DNA of 64,000 nucleotides from Synechococcus sp. (GCA_047284725.1 JBJBEO010000001.1:1368203-1432202), one strand, 5' to 3'. Shown: positions 19,450 to 30,577, counted from the first letter of the stretch. The notes: generated by a model not told the origin, from the letters alone. Numbers and translations: made by a program.

Positions 19450-20451
19450 ATGATGAACGCCCGCACGATCCTGGCGATCCTCACCCTGGCGGTGTTGACC
19501 CTGCTGATCTGGGAACTGCGATGGGTGCTGCTGGTGCTCTTCGGGGCTGTGGTCCTCGCTGTGGCCTTGGATGTGCTGATCCAGCGCCTGCAACGCTTCG
19601 GCCTTTCTCGCCTTTTGGCTCTATCGGTTGTTTTGGTGCTGATGGTGCTGGCCGGAAGTGTGGTGATCCAGTTGCTGGTACCAGAACTGATCGGGCAAGT
19701 GCAGGAACTGAGCACCCTGGTGCCCAGCGTGATCAGCAAGCTCAAATCGCTGGTGGCCAGTGATGCCCGCCTGCAAAGTCTTGAAACCAGCCTGCCGGGC
19801 CAGATCAGCTGGGACAGGATCCAACCGGTGGGCAGCCAACTTCTCGGGTTTGCCGGTGGTGCTGCCAACGGACTCATTCAGCTTCTTCTGATGAGTCTGC
19901 TTGCGGTGCTGATGGTGCTCGATCCGAGCTCTCATCGGCGCATGGTGATTGCGGTCACGCCACGGCCAGCTCGGCCAACGATGAAGCGGCTGCTCGACCA
20001 ATGTCGCCTGGCTCTCGGGGGGTGGCTCGCTGGCATGACCCTCTCGGCCAGCTCAGTGTTCCTGCTCACCTGGCTTGGCCTGTCCTTGCTGAAGGCACCC
20101 CTTGCCTTGCTGAGCGCACTGGTCTGCGGGCTGCTCACCTTCGTACCCACCATTGGCCCCACGGCCGCAACCCTGTTGCCGTTATCGATGGCCCTGCTGG
20201 TGTCACCGACTCTGATGCTTCAGGTTCTGGTGCTTCGCCTCGTACTGCAGAACCTGGAGGCCTTTGTCCTCACGCCGATCCTGTTGCGCCGCACAGTCAA
20301 TCTGCTCCCCACAGTTGCATTGATGGCCCAGCTCAGTCTTGGTGCACTTCTCGGGCTGCCAGGCGTGTTGCTGGCGCTACCCCTCGTTGTGGTGCTCCAA
20401 GTGGGGATGGAGTTAGTCGTTGTTCGCCAGATCATGGATCGCTGGACTTAG
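19450..20451 (+). CDS. AI-2E family transporter (tandem paralogue)
   Basis: VPTIGP, QNLEAFVLTP. Confidence 0.9.
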   Translation: MMNARTILAILTLAVLTLLIWELRWVLLVLFGAVVLAVALDVLIQRLQRFGLSRLLALSVVLVLMVLAGSVVIQLLVPELIGQVQELSTLVPSVISKLKSLVASDARLQSLETSLPGQISWDRIQPVGSQLLGFAGGAANGLIQLLLMSLLAVLMVLDPSSHRRMVIAVTPRPARPTMKRLLDQCRLALGGWLAGMTLSASSVFLLTWLGLSLLKAPLALLSALVCGLLTFVPTIGPTAATLLPLSMALLVSPTLMLQVLVLRLVLQNLEAFVLTPILLRRTVNLLPTVALMAQLSLGALLGLPGVLLALPLVVVLQVGMELVVVRQIMDRWT

Positions 20452-20583
20452 CCATCGAATTCGACTGACTCGCGGCAGTGTGGGGGCGGACCGAATCCGA
20501 TGAACTGCTGGCGTTTTTGCTGCCAAGACGACAGAAAAGGAGCTTTCCCAAGTTAAGATGATTTAAGGCAAGGTTATGAACCG

Positions 20584-20724
20584 TTGAATCCGGAGAAACA
20601 GCACCGAAAGCTCGAGAAGCTTCAGCTCAAGGCTGAGGAGTGCTTGACCCGGGAAGAGGCACAAAAAATCATCCGCAAAGCTGAGAAAGCCCACCGCAAG
20701 TTGTCCAAAGGGTTCCATCACTGA
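20584..20724 (+). CDS. 46-aa basic helical small protein (not in ORF track)
   Basis: TTG start: MNPEKQHRKLEKLQLKAEECLTREEAQKIIRKAEKAHRKLSKGFHH. Confidence 0.65.
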   Translation: MNPEKQHRKLEKLQLKAEECLTREEAQKIIRKAEKAHRKLSKGFHH

Positions 20725-20879
20725 AGCCTTGTGGCTCTCTCTGCGCATCCGTCCTCAGCCTGCCCGTGGACATTCAACTGACCGCACCGTTCAGCGAAAG
20801 GACGATCGATGGTCGCATCAGAGAGACGGTGGCGGTCAGGGGTCGAATCATCAGCTTCAGCAGCCTCTTGAGCACCACA

Positions 20880-21104
20880 TCAGAGACGCGCTTTGGGACC
20901 GTAACGACGCCACAACGACGGGAACGCAGCAAGCACGACGACCGCTAGAAGGTGGTGGCTGATGGCAAAGCGAATCGAAGTGAAGGTGATGTGATCGATC
21001 AGCAATAGCAACTCCGTGCGCAGATCAAACAAAGCCAGACACAGAAGAAGCAGGGGAAACCAACGTTCCCCTCGCTTGCGAGGTGGAAGAGACTGATCAG
21101 CCAC
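20880..21104 (-). CDS. Small membrane hypothetical protein
   Basis: GTG start overlapping secF stop; two hydrophobic segments. Confidence 0.65.
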   Translation of the reverse strand: MADQSLPPRKRGERWFPLLLLCLALFDLRTELLLLIDHITFTSIRFAISHHLLAVVVLAAFPSLWRRYGPKARL

Positions 21105-22062
21105 TGGTGACAGCCCGTGAGCGACTACCGCTCCAGAGCGTGAGCAAGGACGGTGCCAGAGCGATACTCGACCAGCTGCCAACGACCACCCCCAGGGCCA
21201 GAGCGATCGAAAACCAGTAGAGCGTGGAGCCACCAAACAAGATCAGGGCCAGAAGTGGCAACAAGGTGGTGCCACTGGTGTAAAGGGTGCGGGTCAGCGT
21301 TGCCGAAACAGCACGATCGATTTGATCGGTGACCGGCAGATCACTATTTTCACGCTGCCGTTCGCGGATGCGATCAAACACCACCACGGTGTCATTGACC
21401 GAATAGCCAGCGATGGTCAGCAGCGCCACGGCGAACAAACTATTGACCTCAAGCCCGATCCAGAGTCCAAGCCAGGCAAAGATGCCACTGACGATGATCA
21501 CATCGTGAGCCAGTGCAAACAAGGCCAACACGGCATAGCGGCCGTCGTAACGAAAACTGATGTAGATCGCGATCCCTGCAAAGGCCACCAACAAAGAGAT
21601 CAGGCTGCTGGTGAGCAACTGACTGCCAAGGCTCGGACCGATGGTGTCAACCGACTGCCCCTGCACCACAAAGGGCCCTGCCACGGGTGCGACGGCGTCG
21701 ATCACAGCCTGGCTCTGGGACGCTGACAGCGTCGGCAGACGCAAGACAAGCGATTGCCCTCCATCCAGGAACTGCACACGAGCGATGTCGAGATTGGGAG
21801 TGGCCTCGTTGTTATCAGATGGCAGTGGCGCCGCCTTCAAGGCAGTCTGAACAGCATCCACCGGAAGAGGCTGACAGTCATTGCCACACTGCCGTTCCAA
21901 CTGGATCTGGGTGCCGCCGGTAAAATCAAGGCCGGGGCGAAGCGGAGCCTTGATGGAGGGGTTGGTCCAGCAGAGAAGGATGCCGGCAAGGCTGAAGCCG
22001 ACCAGGAGAAGTGAGATCCACCAGACGGTGCGACGGGATCGACTGAGGTTGAGAGCGATCAT
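21097..22062 (-). CDS. secF: Protein translocase subunit SecF
   Basis: GLDFTGG, GYSVNDTVVVFDRIRE. Confidence 0.97.
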   Translation of the reverse strand: MIALNLSRSRRTVWWISLLLVGFSLAGILLCWTNPSIKAPLRPGLDFTGGTQIQLERQCGNDCQPLPVDAVQTALKAAPLPSDNNEATPNLDIARVQFLDGGQSLVLRLPTLSASQSQAVIDAVAPVAGPFVVQGQSVDTIGPSLGSQLLTSSLISLLVAFAGIAIYISFRYDGRYAVLALFALAHDVIIVSGIFAWLGLWIGLEVNSLFAVALLTIAGYSVNDTVVVFDRIRERQRENSDLPVTDQIDRAVSATLTRTLYTSGTTLLPLLALILFGGSTLYWFSIALALGVVVGSWSSIALAPSLLTLWSGSRSRAVTSG

Positions 22063-22074
22063 GACTCGAGGGAC

Positions 22075-23550
22075 TCAGGCGGTTTGGGTGGGCAACTGCT
22101 TCTGAGGCAGAAAATTGGTGGCGCGGCGCAAACCCTGATAGCTCATCAAGAAGCGCAGCAAAGTACGGGTGCAGGTCAGGGCCGTGAACAAACTCAGGAC
22201 CACTCCGATGCCCAGAGTTGCCGCAAATCCTTTCACCAGTCCGGTGCCCAGCGTGAACAGAGCTGCGCAACTGATCAAGGTGGTGAGGTGACCATCGATG
22301 ATTGAGGAAAATGCTTGCGAGAAGCCAGTCTCGATCGAACGGATCAAGGTGTTGCCCCGCCTCAGTTCGTCCTTGATGCGTTCGAAAATCAGCACATTGG
22401 CATCAACCGCCATACCGATACTGAGGATGAATCCTGCAATTCCAGGCAGGGTAAGGGTGACGGGAATCAAGGCATAGACCGCCAGGTTGAACAGGGCATA
22501 GAGGCTGAGAGCGATCACCGCCACGAGGCCGGCCAGGCGATAAATCAGCAGCATGAAAACCGCCACCAAGGCAAGTCCTGACAGGGCTGCGATCAAACTG
22601 CGCTGCACATTTTCAGCACCGAGGCTTGGGCCAATCGTGCGCACCTGAAGAATCTTCACCGGCAGAGGCAGGGCACCTCCATTGAGCTGAACTTCCAGCT
22701 CGCGAGCGGTATCTGCATTGAAATTGCCACTGATTTCCGCATTACCACCCGTGATTCCAGCCACCTCATATTGAGAGCTGACACTGGCCTCGCTGATCGG
22801 ACGACCATCGAGAAAAATTCCCAACAGACGACCACTGCCAGCAATCGACTTGGTGAGGCTGGCGAAAGCCTGAGCCCCTTCAGCGTTGAAGGTGAGCGTG
22901 ACGGCCCACGTTGAGGTCTGATCGTTCAGACGACGTCCGGCCCGATCGAGCAACTTGCCGTTGAATGCAGCGGGCTCAAAACGAGCCGCAATGTCTGTGT
23001 TCACTTTTTCAAGCAACTGTTCCAGTTGCTCCTGTTCGTTGCCGGAAGCTCCATCAAGACCCAAGGCCTTCTGCGCCGCAGCCAGCTGCTCGTCACTCAG
23101 AACGGAGTCGGAATCATCCTGCTCTTTGTTTCTTTTCAACTCAAGAATGCTGGTGACCTGATTGCGCAGTTGCAGCAGAGTCTTGATCTCGTCTTCTGTC
23201 CCCTCCTTCTGGGCACGGAACTCAAGCAAGGCTGTCTCGCCAAGCGTCTTGGCTGCCCGGGAAGGATCCGTTTCCCCGGGCAATTCGAGAACCAATTGGT
23301 CATCACCAATGGTCTGAAGCGTGGATTCGGCCACACCCAGTCCATTGACGCGCAGATCAAGAACCGCCTTCACGGACTCCAGTTCCTTGGGCGAGATCTT
23401 GGTGATGTCACCGGCCGGCTGCACCTCGAGGAGAAGCTGACTGCCCCCGCGCAGATCGAGACCCAACTCGAGCGGGAACGTGAACAGGATGGAGCTGGCG
23501 GCAATCGCCAGGGCGAGGATGAGGGCGAACCAGCCCTGCTGTCGTGCCAT
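22075..23550 (-). CDS. secD: Protein translocase subunit SecD
   Basis: LGLDLRGG, GMAVDANVLIFERIKDE. Confidence 0.97.
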   Translation of the reverse strand: MARQQGWFALILALAIAASSILFTFPLELGLDLRGGSQLLLEVQPAGDITKISPKELESVKAVLDLRVNGLGVAESTLQTIGDDQLVLELPGETDPSRAAKTLGETALLEFRAQKEGTEDEIKTLLQLRNQVTSILELKRNKEQDDSDSVLSDEQLAAAQKALGLDGASGNEQEQLEQLLEKVNTDIAARFEPAAFNGKLLDRAGRRLNDQTSTWAVTLTFNAEGAQAFASLTKSIAGSGRLLGIFLDGRPISEASVSSQYEVAGITGGNAEISGNFNADTARELEVQLNGGALPLPVKILQVRTIGPSLGAENVQRSLIAALSGLALVAVFMLLIYRLAGLVAVIALSLYALFNLAVYALIPVTLTLPGIAGFILSIGMAVDANVLIFERIKDELRRGNTLIRSIETGFSQAFSSIIDGHLTTLISCAALFTLGTGLVKGFAATLGIGVVLSLFTALTCTRTLLRFLMSYQGLRRATNFLPQKQLPTQTA

Positions 23551-23554
23551 TGCT

Positions 23555-24538
23555 TCAGATCCCCGTACGCACCATCTGCTGAGCGGCCTCGACGATCTGG
23601 TGAGGCTGAATGATCGTCAGGTTCTCGAGATTGCCGTTGTAGGGGGTGGGGATGTCCTGGCTGGAGAGACGCACCGGCCGCTGATCGAGATCGTCAAAGC
23701 AATACTCAGTGATCAGAGCGATCAGTTCAGCACCGATGCCACCTGTCTTCATGCACTCTTCAACCACAATCACCTTGTGGGTTTTGCGGATGGAGCGCGC
23801 GATCGTCTCCATATCAAACGGCTTGAGACTGATCAGATCAATCAGTTCGGCATTGATGCCATCAGCTTCAAGTTGTTCCACGGCCTTCAGGCAATGGTGG
23901 CGCATACGGGAGTAGGTGAGGATTGTGACGTCAGTCCCCTCCTTCACCAGATCAGCCTGATCGAGCGCGCAGACGTAATCACCCGCGGGCAGTTCCTCAC
24001 TGAGGTTGTACAGGAGCACATGCTCGAAGAACAACACGGGGTTGTTGTCACGGATGGCAGCCTTCATCAGGCCCTTGGCATTCGTGGGCGTGCTGCAGGC
24101 CACGATCTTGATCCCTGGCACGGCATGAAAGTACGCCTCAAGCCGCTGGCTGTGCTCCGCTCCGAGCTGACGACCCACACCGCCTGGGCCACGCACCACT
24201 GTTGGAATCGTGAAATTGCCGCCGCTGGTGTAGCGGAGCATGCCCATGTTGTTGGAGATCTGGTTGAAAGCCAGCAGCAGGAAGCCCATGTTCATGCCTT
24301 CGACAATCGGGCGTAGACCCGTCATCGCGGCACCCACGGCCATCCCAGTGAAGGCGTTCTCAGCGATGGGGGTGTCGAGCACCCGCAATTCGCCGTATTT
24401 GTCGTAGAGATCCTTGGTGACCTTGTAGGAGCCGCCGTACTGGCCGACGTCCTCACCCATCACACAAACATGGGCATCCCTGGCCATCTCCTCGTCGATG
24501 GCTTCACGGAGTGCATTGAAGAGAAGCGTCCCTGCCAC
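23555..24538 (-). CDS. pdhB: Pyruvate dehydrogenase E1 beta subunit
   Basis: GEDVG.YGG, DTPIAE, GAEHSQ. Confidence 0.97.
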   Translation of the reverse strand: MAGTLLFNALREAIDEEMARDAHVCVMGEDVGQYGGSYKVTKDLYDKYGELRVLDTPIAENAFTGMAVGAAMTGLRPIVEGMNMGFLLLAFNQISNNMGMLRYTSGGNFTIPTVVRGPGGVGRQLGAEHSQRLEAYFHAVPGIKIVACSTPTNAKGLMKAAIRDNNPVLFFEHVLLYNLSEELPAGDYVCALDQADLVKEGTDVTILTYSRMRHHCLKAVEQLEADGINAELIDLISLKPFDMETIARSIRKTHKVIVVEECMKTGGIGAELIALITEYCFDDLDQRPVRLSSQDIPTPYNGNLENLTIIQPHQIVEAAQQMVRTGI

Positions 24539-24600
24539 GGCGTTGCTGAAATCCCGGCCATGCCGGCGTCAGCGGCCAAGCTATCTCAGCCCGTGCTGAA

Positions 24601-24696
24601 TCAGCCCCCGGCTGCAAAGGTTGTGAGCAGCAACACTGACAGCAACAAGCCTGGTGAAAGCAGCAACACGAGCAGGCCGAGGTCGTTGGGGGTCAT
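24601..24696 (-). CDS. 31-aa single-TM microprotein
   Basis: MTPNDLGLLVLLLSPGLLLSVLLLTTFAAGG. Confidence 0.6.
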   Translation of the reverse strand: MTPNDLGLLVLLLSPGLLLSVLLLTTFAAGG

Positions 24697-24740
24697 CGAA
24701 TCGGCGCCTTGGGTGGCGCTATGGATCCAGTGGTGAAACC

Positions 24741-25112
24741 CTAGGCAGCATCGGGCTGCTCGCCCGTGAAAAGACTGCGAAGAAACACAAGAAACAGGCC
24801 TAGGCCGATGAAGGCGAAGCTGAAGGTGGCCAGAAAGGACATCCCGATCAGCAAGGTCTTCAAAGCTGTGGCGATGCTCTGGCCGATCTGCGAATTGACA
24901 TGGGGTGAGTGGACGGAGAAATAGATCACCATGCGCTTGCTCAACCCCAGGCACAACCAAGCAAGCACCAAACTCGTCACAGAACCGGAGAGAAAGCTGA
25001 GGGGGCCCTTGCGTGGCTTCTGATCGGAGGGTGTGGCCTTCACATCCATCTCATCAGCACTGTTGGCCTTCGCTTCAGGGAATCCTTCGATGTTGCTGTC
25101 TTGCCTGCTCAT
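24741..25112 (-). CDS. DUF3082 membrane protein
   Basis: [10 protein letters not shown]...[13 protein letters not shown]. Confidence 0.8.
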   Translation of the reverse strand: MSRQDSNIEGFPEAKANSADEMDVKATPSDQKPRKGPLSFLSGSVTSLVLAWLCLGLSKRMVIYFSVHSPHVNSQIGQSIATALKTLLIGMSFLATFSFAFIGLGLFLVFLRSLFTGEQPDAA

Positions 25113-26041
25113 GCGGTCAGCTTGACCCCCTCAGGCTGAAACGAACAACTCCAGGCAGCCAGACCAGCCTGCTCAAAGGCCTCTCGGTTCGATGCCAGAG
25201 CTTGCTCAGCCGCACTCCGATCATTGAACAATGCGAAGCAACTAGGGCCAGAACCGCTCATCGCCACGCGCCGCTGGCCAGGAAGTTGCGCCAGGAGCGA
25301 CAGGGCCATCAGCACAGAAGGGGTCTGGGGAGCCACCACGGCCTGGAGGTCATTCCGCAGGGGGGGCACACCATCCGTCTGCATCGAAACCAGCCAGTCG
25401 GCACGCCTCAGAACCTGACGACGCTGTTCAAATGCCGCCTCGCCCGAGAGATAGCGATCAGCCCGCAAGCGACGACATTCGCCATAGGCCCAAGGGGTGG
25501 AGACACTCACGGTTGGATCTTTGACCAAGACCACCCCCAGAGCCGCAGCCCGGGCCGGCGTGGGTTCAAGTCGTTCGCCCCGCCCGAAGCAAAGCTGAAG
25601 CCCCCCAGCCACACAGAAGGGCATGTCGGAGCCGAGTTCCGCTGCCATCACCTCCAGCTGCCGCTGGCCGTGGCCAAGACCCCAGAGGGTGTTGAGCGCC
25701 ACCAGGGCAGCTGCCCCATCACTGGACCCCCCTGCCAAACCGGCACCAATGGGAATGCGCTTGGTCAAGTGGATGGTGGCACCAAGCTCGTTGAATCCCG
25801 AGCGGCTGCGCAACAGCTCAGCGGCGCGGATGATCAGGTTGTCGCTACCGGTACTGAGATCACCCACATCGCAGCTGAGATGAATCTGTCCATCGGCAGT
25901 GTTCTGACAGATCAACTCATCCGCCAGATCAATGCTCTGCATCACCATTGCCAACTCGTGAAAGCCGTCGGCACGCAGGCCAAGCACCTCCAAGTGGAGA
26001 TTGATCTTGGCGGGAGCAAGGACGCGAACCGTGGCCGTCAT
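25109..26041 (-). CDS. ispE: CDP-ME kinase
   Basis: [29 protein letters not shown]. Confidence 0.97.
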   Translation of the reverse strand: MTATVRVLAPAKINLHLEVLGLRADGFHELAMVMQSIDLADELICQNTADGQIHLSCDVGDLSTGSDNLIIRAAELLRSRSGFNELGATIHLTKRIPIGAGLAGGSSDGAAALVALNTLWGLGHGQRQLEVMAAELGSDMPFCVAGGLQLCFGRGERLEPTPARAAALGVVLVKDPTVSVSTPWAYGECRRLRADRYLSGEAAFEQRRQVLRRADWLVSMQTDGVPPLRNDLQAVVAPQTPSVLMALSLLAQLPGQRRVAMSGSGPSCFALFNDRSAAEQALASNREAFEQAGLAAWSCSFQPEGVKLTA

Positions 26042-26045
26042 CCGT

Positions 26046-26879
26046 TCAAGGGGCGGAGTCGGCTTGATTCAAACCCCTGGCCAAAGCCACCCAGGCCTGT
26101 GGAGCCACCTCCTGCGGTCGTTGCTGCAGGCTGATTCCCACCGCGGCAGCCAGTTCCTGCAGCTGATCAGCAGGACAAACCCCCGCGAGCGTGTTGCGCA
26201 ACATCTTGCGGCGGGCGAGAAACGCTTGTTTCAAGAGCTGTTCAACGCGGCGGGCAATGGCCGGCTCCGGTCGCTGCTCCGCAGGCAGGGGATCCAGGCG
26301 AATCACCTCCGATTGCACTTTCGGCGGTGGCTTAAAGCAGCGGGGAGGCACAGGGCACACGGTGGCGCACCGGGCCAGCAACTGCATGCGCACACTCAGG
26401 GCACTGAAGCTGCTGTGGCCGGCACGGGCCCGGATTCTCTGCGCCACCTCCTGCTGCACCAGCAGCACCAGCCTCTGGTAGGGAGCATCAACCGGACGGT
26501 CCAGTCGTCCCACGAGGCGATCCAGCAACGGTCCGGTGATGTTGTAGGGAATGTTGGCGACCACCTTGGTGGCATCCGCGTTGTCGGGGAGGGTGAGGGG
26601 CACGTCGAGGACGTCCCCCTCACAGAGAGAGAAACGGGGATCAGATCCAAACCGATCACGCAAACCGGCCACCAGATCACGATCGAGTTCGACGGCATGT
26701 ACCGCTGCCGCTTGAGAACGCAGTAAGCGTTCTGTCAGCGCTCCGCGGCCTGGACCCACCTCCAGCACCCGGTCTACAGCTTGCAAGTCAGAGGCCTCCA
26801 GGATCTGATCCAGCACACGTTCATCGCGCAGCCAGTGCTGACCAAAGCGTTTGCGGGCGGTGTGACCGGAGAAGCTCAT
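26046..26879 (-). CDS. rsmA: 16S rRNA dimethyltransferase
   Basis: [23 protein letters not shown]. Confidence 0.97.
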   Translation of the reverse strand: MSFSGHTARKRFGQHWLRDERVLDQILEASDLQAVDRVLEVGPGRGALTERLLRSQAAAVHAVELDRDLVAGLRDRFGSDPRFSLCEGDVLDVPLTLPDNADATKVVANIPYNITGPLLDRLVGRLDRPVDAPYQRLVLLVQQEVAQRIRARAGHSSFSALSVRMQLLARCATVCPVPPRCFKPPPKVQSEVIRLDPLPAEQRPEPAIARRVEQLLKQAFLARRKMLRNTLAGVCPADQLQELAAAVGISLQQRPQEVAPQAWVALARGLNQADSAP

Positions 26880-26927
26880 GCTTCCAGCGTGAAGGATCGT
26901 CGGCCCCTCTCCACGGAGTCGATCGCG

Positions 26928-27314
26928 TTAGGGGAAATCAGGCATCCATCGCCAACGCACAACGCATGGGTGAGGAGACAGCTGTACCAGTGCGAGCACC
27001 ACCTCCAGGGTTGCTAATTCCCAGAAGGGATGCTCCATTCGCCAGCAGGCGAGCGACCGCGCCAGTCGACGCCGTTTCGCCACTCCGAACGCCGCCACAC
27101 CCCATCCATCTGGCCCGCAGCGACGTCTTGCCTTCACCTCCACCATGAGCAGGCGGGCCTGGGGACGCCCCTCCTTCACCATCACGAGGTCCAGCTCGCC
27201 GTAGCGGCAACGCCACCGCTGGGCCAGACACCGCCAGCCGCAGCTCTCCAGCAGAAACCGGACCTGCTGCTCAGCCCACATGCCCGCGTCCTGGTGATGA
27301 CCACAAGCAGCCAC
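26928..27314 (-). CDS. YraN family protein (start uncertain)
   Basis: AE...WRCRYGELDLV...VEVKAR. Confidence 0.85.
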   Translation of the reverse strand: MAACGHHQDAGMWAEQQVRFLLESCGWRCLAQRWRCRYGELDLVMVKEGRPQARLLMVEVKARRRCGPDGWGVAAFGVAKRRRLARSLACWRMEHPFWELATLEVVLALVQLSPHPCVVRWRWMPDFP

Positions 27315-27379
27315 AAGAGCACCAAGAACATCAAAGCAAGCATTCCCCAGGTGCCACGTCGTGCCGTGATTCAGCCGTC

Positions 27380-27883
27380 TCAACAGGTCTTGGGGCCAAA
27401 CCGCGCACTCACCGCTGTCACCACAAGACTGGTGGTGATTCCAAGCGACACCTCCAGAAACCGATACAACCCGACCCACCACACCTGAGCCGGATCGGCC
27501 GCCAAGACCACAATCGTGAACGTGACGCCAGCGAAGCGATAGCCGATCAATTCCAGGCGCAACAGGCCGCACAGCCAGCCAAGACCCACCATGGCGCAGC
27601 CGTAAAGCAGCACGTGCATCCCCAGTGCGCTCACCAACCAGGCACCCAGCACCACCCCCAACACCGTTCCCTGCAGCCGTTGCTTCGAGGTTGACCAGGC
27701 AGCGCCCAGCGACGATTGCATCACGATGATCGCCGAAATCGCAGCCCAGTACGACTCGGGAATCCCGATCAGTTCTGCCAGCCCATGGGCAGAGGCGGCG
27801 GCAATCGCCGTGCGCAGCGCATGCCAGAGGTGAGGCGAGGGTGGGAGAACGGCTTGCAGCACCGAAGCGTTGCACGAAGGCAC
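27380..27883 (-). CDS. FUSC / aromatic acid exporter family membrane protein
   Basis: ALRTAIAA, YWAAISAIIVMQ, RLQGTVLG, RFLEVSLG. Confidence 0.8.
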   Translation of the reverse strand: MPSCNASVLQAVLPPSPHLWHALRTAIAAASAHGLAELIGIPESYWAAISAIIVMQSSLGAAWSTSKQRLQGTVLGVVLGAWLVSALGMHVLLYGCAMVGLGWLCGLLRLELIGYRFAGVTFTIVVLAADPAQVWWVGLYRFLEVSLGITTSLVVTAVSARFGPKTC

Positions 27884-28007
27884 CCATTCTTTCGTTCACC
27901 GCTCTTGACCGCGACGCAACACACGCCCATTCAGGGGCATCGAAGCTTTGGTGGCGCTGGTGACTGCATCAAGCCACCTAGGGTGAAGCGGAGTTCTAGA
28001 TCCCTTG

Positions 28008-28484
28008 ATGCGTCGACGCCTGCTGGCTCGCCTGCTCTCCTTCCTTCTGGTGTTCGGGCTACCGCTGCAGCCTGCCCAAGCTGCCATGGATTACGCCAAG
28101 CAGGTGTTGATTGGGGCCGATTTCGCCAACCGCGACATGCAGGGGGTGACCTTCAACCTCACCAACCTGCGGGAAGCCGATCTCTCCGGCAGTGATCTCC
28201 AGGGCGCCAGTCTTTACGGAGCCAAACTGCAAGACGCCGATCTCAGCAACGCCAACCTGCGCGACGCAACGCTGGATTCCGCCGTGCTCGATGGCACCAA
28301 CCTCACCAATGCCGTGCTGGAGGACGCCTTCGCGTTCAACACCCGCTTCATCAATGTGACCATTACCGGCACTGACTTCACCAACGTGCCCTTTCGCGGC
28401 GATGCGCTCAAAACGCTTTGTGCCGTGGCGGAGGGCACCAATCCCATCACCGGCCGTGACACCCGCGACACCCTGGGCTGCTAA
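28008..28484 (+). CDS. Pentapeptide-repeat protein with signal peptide
   Basis: A(D/N)Lxx repeats, AQA cleavage site, GTNPITGRDTRDTLGC. Confidence 0.92.
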   Translation: MRRRLLARLLSFLLVFGLPLQPAQAAMDYAKQVLIGADFANRDMQGVTFNLTNLREADLSGSDLQGASLYGAKLQDADLSNANLRDATLDSAVLDGTNLTNAVLEDAFAFNTRFINVTITGTDFTNVPFRGDALKTLCAVAEGTNPITGRDTRDTLGC

Positions 28485-28951
28485 TGAGCTTCGATCCCCG
28501 CAGCATGGAGCGACTGCGGCAGTTAGGCCGTGAACTGCCGCAAGCTCTGGCCAAGCCGGAGGCCCCAGCCGCTGCCCCATCTCCCGCCAGTCGACAACGT
28601 CATCGGGTGGAAACCGAAGAGAATCCCCAGGTTCTGTTTCATGAGCTGATGAATGTCAGCGCTGACGGGACAGTGCCGGAGCATCTGCTCGCCCGCTTGA
28701 AGCAGGCTGAGCAGCAAGCCGAAGAGGAGCGCAAACGGCACAACCCTCTGCAGCCACAGACCACGCCATGTGCGGCGGGTGCCACATCAAGCAACGATGG
28801 GGTCCCCTTGCCAGCGCCCCCATCACGCCGCAGCGGGAAAGGCAAAAACACGCAGCCCCGACGCCTTCCCGTTGCCCCCGGCAGCGAAGAGGAAAGCATG
28901 TATGTGGCGTTCGGACAGCTGTTCCTGGAAGACAGCGAGGACGAGGATTGA
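28484..28951 (+). CDS. Conserved hypothetical protein
   Basis: [25 protein letters not shown]; coupled to neighbours. Confidence 0.75.
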   Translation: MSFDPRSMERLRQLGRELPQALAKPEAPAAAPSPASRQRHRVETEENPQVLFHELMNVSADGTVPEHLLARLKQAEQQAEEERKRHNPLQPQTTPCAAGATSSNDGVPLPAPPSRRSGKGKNTQPRRLPVAPGSEEESMYVAFGQLFLEDSEDED

Positions 28952-29382
28952 ACCCTGCCCGTTGCCGAATCCTTGCGGTGGGAAAGGTCCGCAAGGGGTG
29001 GGTCCAAGAAGGCATTGCCCTTTATCTCAAGCGCCTTCCTGGGCTGACCATCACCGAACTCCGCGACAGCACACCGGACAAGGAAGCCGAGGCGATCCGT
29101 CAGGCCCTGCGCCCCGATGAACTGCCAGTGGTGTTGATGGAACAAGGGAGCACCCTTGATTCCGTGCGGTTCTCTGAGCAGCTCTCCACCTACGGCAGCC
29201 AACGACTGGCCTTCGTGATCGGCGGTGCCGATGGCATCACTGCGGAACTGAAGGCCATAGCGGCCTGGCAGTTATCGCTGTCACCGATGACCTTTCCCCA
29301 CGAACTGGCCCGTCTCCTGCTGCTGGAGCAGCTGTTTCGAGCCCAGTCGATCCGTGCCGGCAGCCCCTATCACCGGGCCTGA
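28948..29382 (+). CDS. rlmH: 23S rRNA pseudouridine-1915 methyltransferase
   Basis: [32 protein letters not shown]. Confidence 0.95.
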   Translation: MNPARCRILAVGKVRKGWVQEGIALYLKRLPGLTITELRDSTPDKEAEAIRQALRPDELPVVLMEQGSTLDSVRFSEQLSTYGSQRLAFVIGGADGITAELKAIAAWQLSLSPMTFPHELARLLLLEQLFRAQSIRAGSPYHRA

Positions 29383-29457
29383 ACTGAGCAGAAATGCCCT
29401 CTGGCACCCTGCCAGGCGCCAACGCAGCATGCAGTCATCCGCCTGACGCGATGTGCC

Positions 29458-29646
29458 ATGAATGTGACGACGTTGGCTGACGGTTGCCTCCGGGTCTGTC
29501 TTGAACAGGATGGCTTTGAGTCCTGCTGCGTGGTGTCGAGTCACCATCTGGTGAACACCAAACGAGGCCAGCTGGAGCGGGCCAACCTGCGCCAAGCCGC
29601 CTTGGCGCTGGGACTGCACCTTGATCAAGGTCACCGGCGTGGGTGA
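29458..29646 (+). CDS. 62-aa hypothetical protein
   Basis: ATG ORF; VCLEQDGFESCCVVSSHHLV. Confidence 0.6.
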   Translation: MNVTTLADGCLRVCLEQDGFESCCVVSSHHLVNTKRGQLERANLRQAALALGLHLDQGHRRG

Positions 29647-29718
29647 ACCAGTCCTTCCCACCAACCCATCGTTGGCTCCAAGGGCCACGCAACGGATGAC
29701 GTCTCTACCGTCTGCCAG

Positions 29719-30168
29719 TCAGCGCGTTTCGGTCTCCATCCAAGCCACCACCGCACGGCAATGGGCGATGTAATCCGCCGCGGGAAGGACGGCTCTGGCC
29801 TGCGCTGTCTGCCAACTCACCACTTCAAAATCACACTCTTGCAGTCCCTTGCGATGGATCAAGGTTGGGGATCGCCAGAGCTCCAGATCCGACGCAGCAT
29901 CCGCCTGCTTTCCCCCGAGCAGCAGCAGTGGCACAGGCCGCAACGCCTGGCCGTCGTAAGGATCGATCCCCTGACAGACATGGCAGGCCGCATCAATCGC
30001 TGCCATCGCTTGATGCACTCGGAACGCGGCCCCACGCTTGCGAGCACGCTTGGTGATCAACACGGCAAGGCGATTGATCATGCGGCCGTAAGCACTCGGT
30101 TCCAGGGTCAGCCACCGCGGCGGCCGCGACAGATGGAGAGTGATCGGCTGGTCCTGCTGCGCCGCCAT
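29719..30168 (-). CDS. Hypothetical protein, degenerate HNH-like
   Basis: G.DPYDGQ.L ... PTLIH ... FEVVSWQT ... YIAHCRAV. Confidence 0.6.
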   Translation of the reverse strand: MAAQQDQPITLHLSRPPRWLTLEPSAYGRMINRLAVLITKRARKRGAAFRVHQAMAAIDAACHVCQGIDPYDGQALRPVPLLLLGGKQADAASDLELWRSPTLIHRKGLQECDFEVVSWQTAQARAVLPAADYIAHCRAVVAWMETETR

Positions 30169-30577
30169 CCCTGCGAACAGCGTTTGAAACGACAGCCTTA
30201 ACTCTGCCTGGCGCCCTCATCAGAGCGGCGATGGCGTTCAACAGGTCGAGACGGCGTCCCTCCCCTGTGCAGAAGGCTTTCGCCATAACGCGCCACCAGA
30301 GGACAATAGGCCTGAAATGGAGGCTGGTTGTAGGCGTAGGTCGCGAACTGTTCAGCGGTGGCAAGACAACAAGCCGGGCCACACTCCGGCGCGCCGTAAC
30401 GGGGACACACACCCATGGTCTTCTCCCTAGCTACCTTCAGCCTTACCGATCCGCTAGCCAGCACTGATGAAAGCTGCGTGAGAGCTTGCTGGAAAAACGA
30501 ATGGAACGGATCAGCACCTCTCTGGAAACCTCAAACCATCGGACACCCATCCATCAGAACGACCCCATTGGATGGAC

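Noticed and set aside
26928..27899. 323-aa extended YraN ORF
   Set aside because: The upstream part is an alternate frame of the FUSC gene; only the last ~128 aa are YraN
29667..29699. Glutamine riboswitch-like start (ATCGTTGGC...GCAACG)
   Set aside because: Lacks the GGAAGTA core and sits between convergent stops; more likely a plain hairpin
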